This document shows positions 34,762 through 44,659 of a stretch of DNA of 64,000 nt, in pieces (the first letter of the stretch is position 1; every line of letters starts with the position of its first letter). The stretch spans positions 45,542-109,541 of the forward strand of contig JBJYXV010000091.1 in the NCBI GenBank assembly GCA_046260155.1. The letters run 5' to 3'. Under the pieces are notes generated by a model. It was not told where the DNA came from and did not search any database. It saw only the letters and a list, made by a program, of their open reading frames with translations. A program made the position numbers and the translations under genes. This DNA is from Anaerolineales bacterium (lineage in GTDB: Bacteria > Chloroflexota > Anaerolineae > Anaerolineales > UBA4823).

Positions 34762-36933
34762 TCAAGAATCCGCAGGAGGGGTAGCTGACACATTTGGCGA
34801 TTTCCTTGAGATGATCGGAACAGTCGGGACCTCATCAACCTTGGGAGGCAGCTCTTTCTTTGCATCCGGGTATTCGATCCTTGGGTGGTAGATTCCCCTC
34901 AAAGTATTGGTGAAGGAATTAATCAGAATATCCAGGTCTCGTAAAGTCAAATTAGTCTCATCGAGTTGGCCGGAAGACAGGCGGTTTTCGATCACACTTT
35001 TAATCACTTTTCGAAGCGCCTCTTCATCAGGAGGATGTTCCGCCCTTACTCTTGCTTCGCTTCCATCGGCAAGCATTAAAATAGCTGTCTCCCGGGATCT
35101 TGGTCTTGGTCCAGGATAACGAAATTGATTTTCATCTACTAAGCTTTCATCGCCACCTGCAGCTTCAACCGCTTTTGCATATTGGTACCGGGTGAGCATA
35201 TTGCCATGGTGTTCTCTTATAAAATCTTGAATGCGGCGGGGTAGACGGTATTTCCGAGCCAGTTCTAAACCATCAGGAACATGGCGAATTATCAGCTGTG
35301 AGCTGGATAAGGGTGAAAGTTTGTCATGTGGGTTTGCATTGCCAGGAAGCTGATTCTCGATATAGAAAAATGGATTGAGAGCTTTCCCGGCATCATGGTA
35401 AATCGCTCCGACACGGGTCAGTAATGTATCTGCTCCAATGTTCTCTGCAGCCTGTTCAGCCAGGTTGGCCACCTGCAAGCTGTGCTGGTAGGTGCCTGGG
35501 GCATTTCTGAGGATGAACTGAAGCAGTGGGTGATCTGGGCGAGAGATTTCCATCAACTGTAAGGCTGTTGTCATACCCAAAATCTGGGCAGATATATATT
35601 CAAGCAAAACAGCTAGACTACTGGAAGCTATGCCGTTAACCAATGCAATCCCGATCAAAGCTGCGATATTGAGATAATCAATGTTTGGTTGGGCGATTCT
35701 GAATGCAATAATCACCATTATTTCAGAGAACGCAATTAAAGTCGCTGCCCAGAAGAAAGAAGTGATGCGCCTGGCAGCGCCTAAGGCGAAAATGCCAGTA
35801 TAGCTTCCAACTAAATTATACAGAGTGAGTTCGAATCCATTTGGCGTGTCGTATGCAAAGAGGATACAAAGTGGGAGCGTGAAAACGAGTGCAGTTTGAA
35901 TGCCATACAACGAGGTGACAACCAGGCCGAATGCAGCTAATGGGAAAATATAGGGGATTAGCGATTGACTGTTTACCAGAAAACGGCCACCAATCAGGAA
36001 GACAACAAAAAGGATAATGATGACTGACAAGCCCCGTAAATCCTCCACCATGGAAGGATTGCGGCTCAAGTACACCAGGAGGTAGGTCAGAGTAATTAAC
36101 GCCAGGGCACCCGCACTCAACAGATCCTGCCAGCGGGTTTGTGTTTTCACAAGATCGTACTGCTCTAAGGCTTCGATGTCGGTTTCGCTGATGATTTGAC
36201 CCTTTGAAAGCAGCGTTTGACCCTGGATAAATGATCTTTCCACTGGAGTGACTGCCTCACTGGCAGCCTGCCGGGCAGTCTCAGTCAGAACTTCACTGTA
36301 CAAGCTGTTTGGAGCGACAAACCCTGTTACCAGGTCCGCCACAATTCTTGCCTGATCTACGGGCAGGGCAAGACTGACCAGGGGAGGGACCATGCTTCGG
36401 GCAGTTTCGAGCTGGTTCTCGCGGATCGTAGAACGCATCACCTGTTCCAGGACCACGATGGCTTCCTGTTGGATTGCTTGCCAGCGAGAGTCGCTCAATT
36501 CGAGGATACTTTGCGCGGTTTCTTGGTCTAATTCGATATTCTCAAGGGCTGCCAGATCATCTAATTTCTCTTCATCAGAAGCAAATGAATCGGCCCGCAC
36601 ACTGGTAATGAAGGCCAAAGTACCTCGCAAACTTTCTAATTGCTCTCTGGCAATAGATGTATCGGGTGGTGAATAAATAGGGGATACAGAATTTGCAGCT
36701 GCTTCTCGTTGTGATGCGGTTAATATCTCACTCGAGTATGTCAAGGACCGGGGAGCTACGATCTCGCGGGAAGCTACCTCCCCGGCACTGATTTGAGAAT
36801 CGATTTGTGTGGTGATAAATGGAATCATCAAGCCAGCCATGATGAGCACAAATAAGGCCAGCAGCAGAAATACTAATCCAATGTTCCGCCGGCGGATAAT
36901 TTCAATTTGGGATGCAGCTTGATTTCCAGCCAT
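34762..36933 (-). CDS. pgpH: 7TM-HD membrane phosphohydrolase (PgpH/YqfF family)
   Basis: The protein has an N-terminal extracytoplasmic region and a multi-TM block. The HD domain reads HSLQVANLAEQAAE...GAIYHDAGK. Confidence 0.85.
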   Translation of the reverse strand: MAGNQAASQIEIIRRRNIGLVFLLLALFVLIMAGLMIPFITTQIDSQISAGEVASREIVAPRSLTYSSEILTASQREAAANSVSPIYSPPDTSIAREQLESLRGTLAFITSVRADSFASDEEKLDDLAALENIELDQETAQSILELSDSRWQAIQQEAIVVLEQVMRSTIRENQLETARSMVPPLVSLALPVDQARIVADLVTGFVAPNSLYSEVLTETARQAASEAVTPVERSFIQGQTLLSKGQIISETDIEALEQYDLVKTQTRWQDLLSAGALALITLTYLLVYLSRNPSMVEDLRGLSVIIILFVVFLIGGRFLVNSQSLIPYIFPLAAFGLVVTSLYGIQTALVFTLPLCILFAYDTPNGFELTLYNLVGSYTGIFALGAARRITSFFWAATLIAFSEIMVIIAFRIAQPNIDYLNIAALIGIALVNGIASSSLAVLLEYISAQILGMTTALQLMEISRPDHPLLQFILRNAPGTYQHSLQVANLAEQAAENIGADTLLTRVGAIYHDAGKALNPFFYIENQLPGNANPHDKLSPLSSSQLIIRHVPDGLELARKYRLPRRIQDFIREHHGNMLTRYQYAKAVEAAGGDESLVDENQFRYPGPRPRSRETAILMLADGSEARVRAEHPPDEEALRKVIKSVIENRLSSGQLDETNLTLRDLDILINSFTNTLRGIYHPRIEYPDAKKELPPKVDEVPTVPIISRKSPNVSATPPADS

Positions 36934-36941
36934 GTCCTCAG

Positions 36942-37400
36942 TTACTCACCCATCAGTTTCGCGCGAACAACCGCGCTTACTCGTGAACCTTCTGCACGAC
37001 CCTGGATCTGGGGCATAATTGTTTTCATGACCTTACCCATATCTTGGATGGATACCGCTCCAACCTGATCGATCGCCTGCGTGATTATTTCTTCGATCTG
37101 TTGATCACTGAGTGGTTGAGGCAAATATTCTTCTAAGATGTGGATCTCTGGTTCAGTGTCTTCTATAAGATCTGCACGACCTGCTCTTTCCGCGTCGGAT
37201 ATTGTTTCTCGAAGGGATTTGATCTCTTTTTGAAGCACACCGAGCACGTCTTCGTCTGATAAAGGGTGCCCTCTATCAATTTCAGCCAGCTTGATGGAGG
37301 ACAAAACCATGCGCAAGGTGCGTTTTTTGACTTCATCACCTGATTTGATTGCAGTTTTTAAGTCCTGTTCGATTTTCTTTTGGTTCTCCATGGGTTTCAT
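36942..37400 (-). CDS. yqeY: GatB/YqeY domain protein
   Basis: LKTAIKSGDEVKKRTLRMVLSSIK...MGKVMKTIMPQIQGRAEGSRVSAVV. Confidence 0.85.
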   Translation of the reverse strand: MKPMENQKKIEQDLKTAIKSGDEVKKRTLRMVLSSIKLAEIDRGHPLSDEDVLGVLQKEIKSLRETISDAERAGRADLIEDTEPEIHILEEYLPQPLSDQQIEEIITQAIDQVGAVSIQDMGKVMKTIMPQIQGRAEGSRVSAVVRAKLMGE

Positions 37401-37540
37401 TATACCTATTTTCGAGAAAATCGTATTGAATGCGTAGGAATAAAGCCATCATCCCATCGGTTTAAACATTGGTTTTCCAGCTGGTAAACGGATTTAAAGA
37501 TGAAAATCCTCTTGATAAGCCTCTTGCCTTTGGTCGGCGA

Positions 37541-38830
37541 CTAAACTGTCCCCGTAAAACCGTGTTGGTCTTTACTGGATAAACGGACCGGGGTAATCTG
37601 GTTCCATAAATCTTGGTTGGCATTCACGTGGACACGTAAATAATTATCAGTTAACCCGTGCAGATGCCAGGTTTCCGCATCCATTTTGGTGACGCTCTCC
37701 CAAAGAACTGGCAATGTTTGATTATAAAATTTGCGCTGGTAATGGCTTTCAGTTTCACTCAGTATTCCCCGAAGAGACGCATTCCTTTCTTTCCTCAATG
37801 CGTGAGGTACCTGGTCAGGCATGGTAGCGGCTGCAGTTCCTGGTCTAGCAGAATAGGTGAAGACATGACCACCTGAGAAGGAAATTTGGCGAATGAAATT
37901 CACAGTTTCTTCAAATTCTTGCTCGGTTTCCCCTGGAAACCCGGCGATTAAATCCGTGGTAATGGCAATATCTGGACAGGCATTCCTGGCAGCTTTGACT
38001 AAATCAGAATATTTTTCTGGTGTTGTGTTGCGCGCCATTCTGCGAAGTACAGTTTTTGATCCGGATTGGAGGGGTAAATGTAGATGACGGCACAACCGCG
38101 AATCCTCCCATAGTTTGAAAAAATCGCCATCTAAATCCCATGGTTCAAGGGAAGATAATCTCAGGCGAGGCACATCCGTTTCTGCCAAAATCATCTCGAT
38201 TAAAGTTTTGAGGTGTTTTTTGTCTGGTAAATCTTTTCCCCAAGAACCCAAATGTACTCCAGTTAAAACGATTTCCTTTGCGGCTTTGTTTTCGTCAGGT
38301 TCATCACGAAGAACGGTTTTGATATCTGCAAGAATTTCACCTGGTGATCTGCTTTTTCCCCCGCCGCGTGCAATTGTAGTCACACAGAATGTACAATGAT
38401 TATCGCAGCCATCCTGAACTTTTATTACTGCCCTAGTCCGGAAGCGTGCACCGGGTATGAATTCCCTGGATAATGGTTCGAGATCAAAAAATTCCGTTGG
38501 GATTTGGAGAACTTGCTCAACTAAATGGTCTTTTTGATGATTCTTGATGATCTGGGTAACGCCTGGCAACCGGGCAGCTTGTTCCGGATTCAAGGTTGAC
38601 CAGCAACCTGTGACTATAATTTGATTCGCTCCAACACGGGCTGCCTTGCGTATTTTTCCCCTCGAATCAGAATCTGCCGCAAAGGTTACCGTACAGGTAT
38701 TAATCACTGCAATATCAGCGTCTTCAGGAGATTGTACAAGAGTATGTCCGGCAGTCCGGAATTTGCTCGCATAACTTTCGATTTCGCTTTGATTTAACCG
38801 GCAACCAACGGAGTCAAGGAAGATTTTCAT
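37541..38830 (-). CDS. mtaB: Radical-SAM methylthiotransferase, MtaB-like
   Basis: The N-terminal MTTase domain is KIFLDSVGCRLNQSE...INTCTVT. The radical-SAM CDNHCTFC motif is present and the protein is about 430 aa. Confidence 0.8.
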   Translation of the reverse strand: MKIFLDSVGCRLNQSEIESYASKFRTAGHTLVQSPEDADIAVINTCTVTFAADSDSRGKIRKAARVGANQIIVTGCWSTLNPEQAARLPGVTQIIKNHQKDHLVEQVLQIPTEFFDLEPLSREFIPGARFRTRAVIKVQDGCDNHCTFCVTTIARGGGKSRSPGEILADIKTVLRDEPDENKAAKEIVLTGVHLGSWGKDLPDKKHLKTLIEMILAETDVPRLRLSSLEPWDLDGDFFKLWEDSRLCRHLHLPLQSGSKTVLRRMARNTTPEKYSDLVKAARNACPDIAITTDLIAGFPGETEQEFEETVNFIRQISFSGGHVFTYSARPGTAAATMPDQVPHALRKERNASLRGILSETESHYQRKFYNQTLPVLWESVTKMDAETWHLHGLTDNYLRVHVNANQDLWNQITPVRLSSKDQHGFTGTV

Positions 38831-38859
38831 AAATAATTTTTACAGTTCACAGAATCTAT

Positions 38860-39561
38860 TTAAGGCTTCGTTACGGAGAAATTATCAAACAATACCACGT
38901 TTTCTGAATCATTCAATGTTCCAGCCAGTATTCCAACATCTCCGCGCTGTAATTCAGAATCCTTAACCCGGACCAATTCTTGACCGTTAACTGCCATTAC
39001 AAGCTGTTCCCCAATGCAATCCGCACGAAGATGATTTTTTATCTTTCCCTGGGATATCAGTTCGCTGGGAAGGAGTCCCGGTGATCCGATCATAGATTGA
39101 ACACCATCAATCATTTTGCCAACTCCGTAATATCCATCGCTGCTGATCACGAAGAAGTAGTAATTCCTTTGATCAGCAGCTCGACAAATTAAACCAAACA
39201 AGTCATCAGAGTATCCAACAACTTTGATCATATCTACATTAACCTGGACATCTGTAAATATCAATCCAGGGCCTGTGGACAGCATTTGATGATCGCCCAA
39301 TACATGAATACGGAAAAAGGTGTCAAAATAATCCATGGTGCCTTTTTCGATATCGTCAATTTGATCCCAGCCGCTGTTTGGATCAGAGAAATCATCCTGG
39401 TAGAGTACGGCTCCCGGAGGCGTCTCAAAGAAGCTTGCAGAGAGGTACGGTATTTGGCAGGCAATAAACAGTACTCCAAGGATGAAAATCAATATACTAA
39501 TTGGGAGTCCAGATATTAACTTCAATCCATTAATCTCCGTTGGAAATTGAAATTGTAGCAC
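38860..39561 (-). CDS. Membrane-anchored hypothetical protein, paralogue of 3611..4420
   Basis: The TM helix is ISILIFILGVLFIAC. It continues LYQDDFSDPNSGWDQ...FGLICRAADQRNYYFFVISSDGYYGVGKM...GDVGILAG. Confidence 0.5.
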   Translation of the reverse strand: MLQFQFPTEINGLKLISGLPISILIFILGVLFIACQIPYLSASFFETPPGAVLYQDDFSDPNSGWDQIDDIEKGTMDYFDTFFRIHVLGDHQMLSTGPGLIFTDVQVNVDMIKVVGYSDDLFGLICRAADQRNYYFFVISSDGYYGVGKMIDGVQSMIGSPGLLPSELISQGKIKNHLRADCIGEQLVMAVNGQELVRVKDSELQRGDVGILAGTLNDSENVVLFDNFSVTKP

Positions 39562-39581
39562 AAGTGACCTTGTTGTTCCTT

Positions 39582-41039
39582 TTAAGGGAAATGCGTTTCA
39601 AGCAAACGCCTGGCTTGTTGGGCAACCGGAGAATCAGGGGCAGAATAGGAAATTGCTGCTCTAAAATGCTGGTATGCTCCTAGGGGATCATTTTCTGTGA
39701 TGCTGACCAAACCAAAGTGTAAATGTGCGGGAGCATACTTATCATCGACTGCCAGAGCTCGCGTCAAAAACCTGCGAGCAAGGATTGGATTATCCAGGAG
39801 CAGGTAGATCTGGGCAAGGATATCCAATCCTTCTGGATCTTCTGGAGCGAGGATAACAGCTCGTCTTGCTGCTGATGCCCCTTTATCGCGTAAGTCAATT
39901 TCATAGCGGATATAATAGTTTGCCAGCGTGTGCAAGTAGGTGGGGTCTTTTGGAGAAATTTCTGTCGCACGCAGGTAATGCGATTCGGCTGCAGCTATGT
40001 TACCCATTAATCCCAGAGTGTTTCCGATTTCTGCCTGTATTGCCGGGTTGTTTTCATCCAGCTGGCTGGCTGCGTATAGATAAACGAGGGCCAGATCATA
40101 GCGCTCCTGGCGCTGCCAGTAAAGTGCGAGCAGCATGTTTCCAGCGATAGATTCGGGATCCATTTCCAGCGCTTTCTCGATTGGAGGCAATCCATCGCCG
40201 CCAATTTGCTGGAGTGCTTCTCCGAGATATGCCCAAGCATCGGAGTTGTTGGGGTTAACCGCAATAGCGTTGGTTAACGCTCTGGAGGCAAGTTCCCATT
40301 CCCCGAATGAAGCAAGTATCTGACCAGCGACCACCAGGGGATAAGATTTTTCATCGGAATTCAGGGCAGTGCGAAGCTTTCGGATGGGGGATTTGAGATC
40401 TGAATTTAATGTTGGGGATAATTCGCTGGCTAATGTCAGGTAAGCTAGGGCAGCCTCCGGCTGAGAAGCTGCCAGCATTATTCCAAGCCGGTAATTATAT
40501 TCAGAATTGCCTGGTACGAGTGTTACAAGGTCTCTTTGCGCTTGGATTGCATTTTCCCAATCATCAATCTGCAGGTAAGCTCGAATCAGCTTCATGTAAA
40601 TCTCGGTGTCCCGAGTGAAATTTGTTGCTTTTTCCCAATATTGGATCGAGGATAGGGTATTGTTTTCCTGCTGGGCGATATCCCCCAGGAGAATATATCC
40701 TGCAGCTGATAGAAGCCCAGCTTCCTGAACCTGATTGAGGTACTCCTTCCCAGTTTTCAGGTCCCCAGCCTTAAATGCATTGATACCTGCTTGCTCGAGA
40801 AGTGCGCTGGGGTTTGGCGAATATTTCGCGGCTTGGGCCAGGTATAATGCAGCCTTCGATAAATCGCCTGATTCATTAGCCTGGTTGGCCTGGTTGAGGT
40901 ATCGATCCAGGGGTGCCCAATTACCAGCTGCCAGGACCAAAACCAGGATGATTAAGGATACAATAACCTTCAAGACCCTTTTCATTTGAGGTAGATTCGA
41001 CACACGGAAATTATAGCCGAGCAGATCAATTGATGACAT
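39582..41039 (-). CDS. TPR-repeat protein with N-terminal membrane anchor
   Basis: The TM helix is VIVSLIILVLVLAAG. More than 8 degenerate 34-aa TPR units follow, with the A..Y....A...P pattern. Confidence 0.75.
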   Translation of the reverse strand: MSSIDLLGYNFRVSNLPQMKRVLKVIVSLIILVLVLAAGNWAPLDRYLNQANQANESGDLSKAALYLAQAAKYSPNPSALLEQAGINAFKAGDLKTGKEYLNQVQEAGLLSAAGYILLGDIAQQENNTLSSIQYWEKATNFTRDTEIYMKLIRAYLQIDDWENAIQAQRDLVTLVPGNSEYNYRLGIMLAASQPEAALAYLTLASELSPTLNSDLKSPIRKLRTALNSDEKSYPLVVAGQILASFGEWELASRALTNAIAVNPNNSDAWAYLGEALQQIGGDGLPPIEKALEMDPESIAGNMLLALYWQRQERYDLALVYLYAASQLDENNPAIQAEIGNTLGLMGNIAAAESHYLRATEISPKDPTYLHTLANYYIRYEIDLRDKGASAARRAVILAPEDPEGLDILAQIYLLLDNPILARRFLTRALAVDDKYAPAHLHFGLVSITENDPLGAYQHFRAAISYSAPDSPVAQQARRLLETHFP

Positions 41040-41104
41040 TCTTCAATTGTTTGATTATCTTTGACTGATTATAATTAAACCTGGTCAAGTAGGATGGAGG
41101 CAAC

Positions 41105-42319
41105 ATGGATTTCGCATTAACAGATGAACATCGTATGGTTCAGGACCTGGTTAAAGGATTTGCCCAGAAGGAGGTCGCGCCGATCATAAAAGAATATGAT
41201 CGCAAACAAGAAATGGCTGATTTCATTCTGCCCCGCATGGGGGAATTGGGTATTCTCGGCATCTGTTTCCCGGTTCGATATGGCGGTCAGGGTATGGATT
41301 ACATTTCATTGGGTCTTGCATGCGAGGAGCTTGAAGCTGTCGATAGTACATTGCGTGTGGTGATGTCAGTCCATGTCGGGTTAAACAGTATGGGGTTGCT
41401 GCAATGGGGGAACGATTTTCAGAAGGAAAAATTCCTTATTCCACAAGCTCGAGGCGAAAAAATTGCCTGTTTCGGATTGACCGAACCTGGAGCGGGATCT
41501 GATGTTGCTGCGATGACCAGTACTGCAAAGCGTTCGGGTGATTCATACATTATTAATGGTGAGAAAATGTGGATCTCACTGGCGACCAAAGCAGATCATG
41601 CATTGGTGGTTGCAAGGACTGATCCAGACGCGGCAGATCCACATCGAGGATTGAGCGCATTTATTATTGAACTTGACCGTCCTGGTGTCTCCACTGGAGA
41701 TATCCACGGCAAGCTGGGAGTTAGAGCGGGATCTACCGGGTGGATTGCATTCCAGGATGTTGAGATCCCGCTGGATCACCTGCTTGGTGAGGAGGGTGAA
41801 GGTTTTAAAATCGCCATGTCGTGCCTGGATAATGGCCGCTACACCGTGGCAGCTGGCGCGACCGGGTTAATCAGGGCGAGTATGGAAGCAAGCCTGAACT
41901 ACACGCACGAAAGACGGGCTTTTGGGCGTGAAATTGGTAAATTTCAGCTCATTCAGCAGAAAATTGCCCACATGGTAAAATCTTACGAAGCTGCGAAGTT
42001 ATTATATTTACGTGCTGGATGGATGAAGAATCAAGGATTACGCAACAGCCAAGAGACATCCCTGGCGAAGTGGTTTGCCACCGATGAGTCGTTTGCTGCC
42101 GCCTCGGAGGCGGTTCAAATCCATGGTGCCTATGGTTATAGTGATGAATATAATGTGGAACGTTATCTACGAAATGCCAAAGGAGCCATTATCTATGAAG
42201 GGACCAGTGAAGTTCACCAATTAATACAAGCTGGATATGCTCTAGGGTACCGGGAGGATCCTCCGTTACGCTGTGAATTACCAGCTTATAATGCAGAGGC
42301 CTGGCAAAATCTGCAATAA
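41105..42319 (+). CDS. Acyl-CoA dehydrogenase
   Basis: GLTEPGAGSDVAAMTSTA, IHGAYGYSDEY and YEGTSEVHQLI. Confidence 0.9.
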   Translation: MDFALTDEHRMVQDLVKGFAQKEVAPIIKEYDRKQEMADFILPRMGELGILGICFPVRYGGQGMDYISLGLACEELEAVDSTLRVVMSVHVGLNSMGLLQWGNDFQKEKFLIPQARGEKIACFGLTEPGAGSDVAAMTSTAKRSGDSYIINGEKMWISLATKADHALVVARTDPDAADPHRGLSAFIIELDRPGVSTGDIHGKLGVRAGSTGWIAFQDVEIPLDHLLGEEGEGFKIAMSCLDNGRYTVAAGATGLIRASMEASLNYTHERRAFGREIGKFQLIQQKIAHMVKSYEAAKLLYLRAGWMKNQGLRNSQETSLAKWFATDESFAAASEAVQIHGAYGYSDEYNVERYLRNAKGAIIYEGTSEVHQLIQAGYALGYREDPPLRCELPAYNAEAWQNLQ

Positions 42320-42352
42320 TCTAAACTCAATAAATAATAAAAGGAGGTTGCT

Positions 42353-43132
42353 TTGAAAATCGTTGTATGCGTCAAGCAAGTGCCCGACACCGCTGCAAAA
42401 GTTGTAGTCGAAGATGGGCGAGTAACCTGGGGTGATGCTCCCCTGGTGATTAACCCCTGGGATGAATATGCTGTTGAAACCGCCTTGTTACAGCAGGAAA
42501 CACACGGAGGAGATGTAACTGCAATATGCCTTGGTGGTGAAGAAGGACGGGAAGCCCTCAAGCATGCCTTGGCTATGGGCTGCGGTAATGCCATCCTGAT
42601 CACAGGTCCAGGGCTCGAGAAAGCAGACAGTTTGGTAACCGCGCGGATTCTAGCCAGTGCCATCCAAAAAATCGGGGACGTTGAAGCTGCGTTTTTTGGA
42701 CGGCAGGCAATTGACGGGGATGTCGGGGTTACAGCCGCTCAAACTGCCAGATTCTTAAGATGGCCTTCCTTGACGTTGGTATCTGCGATCGATGAGCTCG
42801 ATCCCGCCAGCAAATCCATAAAGGTAGAACGTTCCGTCGAAGAAGGTCGACAAGTTGTTGAGGGTAAACTCCCCGCGGTGATCAGTGTTGTTAAAGATAT
42901 CGGGGAACCACGTTATCCCTCCTTCATGGGCATTCGTAAAGCTTCACGTGCAGAGATACCAGTCTGGAGCCCCACTGATGTTGGCGTGGAAGCGACCGAA
43001 CCAGTCGTTACTTGGCCTGAAATTTCCAATCCCCCACAGAAAGAAATCGTGACCGAAATGATCACGGGTGATTCACCGGAGGAGATTGCAGATACATTGG
43101 CAAAGAAAATCTTAGAGGAAAAGGTGCTGTGA
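42353..43132 (+). CDS. etfB: Electron transfer flavoprotein beta subunit
   Basis: MKIVVCVKQVPD and GRQAIDGD. Confidence 0.9.
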   Translation: MKIVVCVKQVPDTAAKVVVEDGRVTWGDAPLVINPWDEYAVETALLQQETHGGDVTAICLGGEEGREALKHALAMGCGNAILITGPGLEKADSLVTARILASAIQKIGDVEAAFFGRQAIDGDVGVTAAQTARFLRWPSLTLVSAIDELDPASKSIKVERSVEEGRQVVEGKLPAVISVVKDIGEPRYPSFMGIRKASRAEIPVWSPTDVGVEATEPVVTWPEISNPPQKEIVTEMITGDSPEEIADTLAKKILEEKVL

Positions 43133-44175
43133 TGGCTGATAAGGTTTGGGTGTATATCGATCAATATCAAGGGGAAGCAATACCAGCAGCTTGGGAGGTG
43201 ATCAGCGCAGCTCGTTTGCTCACTGAACAATTAGGTGGTGGGGTTACTGCATTCGTTGCTGGTTCAGCAGTCCAGCAAGTCGCTGAAGAAGCAGTGCAAT
43301 ATGGTGCAGACCTGGTGTATGTTTGTGAAAATGATACGCTGGGTGAATTTAGAGCTGAACCTTTTGCGAGCTTGTTGAGCAGCCTGGCTAAAGAACACCA
43401 ACCGGAAGTTATATTATTTCCAACCACCAGTCGAGGTCGAGAATTAGCAGCCATGGTGGCGGTTGATATGGGAACCGGCGTAATGCCTGATGTAACTGCT
43501 CTCGAAATTAAGGATGGGGATGTGGTTGCAACCAGACCGGTCTATGGTGGAAAGCTGATTTCAAAGGCGGTCTGCAGCGCACGGCCGCAGTTAATTACTA
43601 CCCGCGTAAGGGCATTTTCACCTCCAGATCCCGATCCAGCAGGGAGTGGTACTATCGAACAGGTGAGCGCTATCATACCTGAAGATGAAATTTTGACTAA
43701 GATCTCCGGTTATTCAGAAAGCGCAGGCGGCGTTACTTTGAATGATGCTGCGGTGATTGTATCGGGCGGTCGTGGAGTTTCCAACAATGCATCCCTCGAA
43801 CCACCGGCTGGATTAGATGAACATGACGCTGAAATTTGGAAGGCTCAGCAAGGATTCAAATTGATCGGTGACCTGGCTGAAGTTTTGGGTGGTGCTGTTG
43901 GTGCCAGCCGCGCAGCAGTCGATGCAGGTTACGTTCCTTATAATCACCAGGTTGGACAGACTGGCAAAGTAGTCTCACCTGATCTGTATATCGCATGTGG
44001 AATTTCAGGCGCTATACAGCACCAGGCAGGAATGAGAACTAGTAAAGTAATCGTCGCAATTAATAAGGATGCCGAAGCTCCTATTTTCAAGATGGCACGC
44101 TTCGGGGTCGTGGGTGATCTCTTTGATATTCTACCCCCATTGACTGAAGCCTTTAAGAGTCGATTGGCTGCATAG
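43129..44175 (+). CDS. etfA: Electron transfer flavoprotein alpha subunit
   Basis: PDLYIACGISGAIQHQAGM. The start overlaps the etfB stop. Confidence 0.9.
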   Translation: MMADKVWVYIDQYQGEAIPAAWEVISAARLLTEQLGGGVTAFVAGSAVQQVAEEAVQYGADLVYVCENDTLGEFRAEPFASLLSSLAKEHQPEVILFPTTSRGRELAAMVAVDMGTGVMPDVTALEIKDGDVVATRPVYGGKLISKAVCSARPQLITTRVRAFSPPDPDPAGSGTIEQVSAIIPEDEILTKISGYSESAGGVTLNDAAVIVSGGRGVSNNASLEPPAGLDEHDAEIWKAQQGFKLIGDLAEVLGGAVGASRAAVDAGYVPYNHQVGQTGKVVSPDLYIACGISGAIQHQAGMRTSKVIVAINKDAEAPIFKMARFGVVGDLFDILPPLTEAFKSRLAA

Positions 44176-44200
44176 ATCTTAATTTCTACGGAGAATACCA

Positions 44201-44241
44201 GAGGTGAGTGAGGAATTGACTTTGCTCACCTCTTTTTATTT
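44201..44241. terminator. Hairpin terminator between convergent etfA and yjbQ
   Basis: GAGGTGAG-16 nt-CTCACCTC followed by TTTTTATTT. Confidence 0.6.
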
Positions 44242-44659
44242 ATATCCCCAAACCACGAACCAGGATCTGCCTGCGGTGCGGCCTCGTGCGGTGTTCGAAA
44301 AGGTAGATTCCCTGCCAAGTGCCAATATTCAGTTTTCCATGATCGATGGGAATGGAAAGGCTGGTTGATGTCAGCATAGCACGTATATGCGAGGGGGAGT
44401 CATCTGACCCTTCAAGTATGTGACGATACCAGGATTGATCTTCAGGGACTAAGCGTTCCATAAATTCCTCCAGATCGATCTTTGCCGTTGGATCAAAACT
44501 CTCGCTGATTACCATTGAGGCGCTGGTATGCGTTACGTAAAGATAGCACATACCTTCTTCAATACCCCACTCCTTAATCAAGACATCAATTGATGAAGTG
44601 AAGGGATATAAACCTTTTCCTTGTGTATTAACTATGAGAGAACTCTTGTGCCATTCCAT
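44240..44659 (-). CDS. YjbQ/UPF0047 family protein (secondary thiamine-phosphate synthase-like)
   Basis: VTHTSASMVISESFDP, DDSPSHIRAMLTSTSLSIPI and GTWQGIYLFEHR. Confidence 0.85.
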   Translation of the reverse strand: MEWHKSSLIVNTQGKGLYPFTSSIDVLIKEWGIEEGMCYLYVTHTSASMVISESFDPTAKIDLEEFMERLVPEDQSWYRHILEGSDDSPSHIRAMLTSTSLSIPIDHGKLNIGTWQGIYLFEHRTRPHRRQILVRGLGI

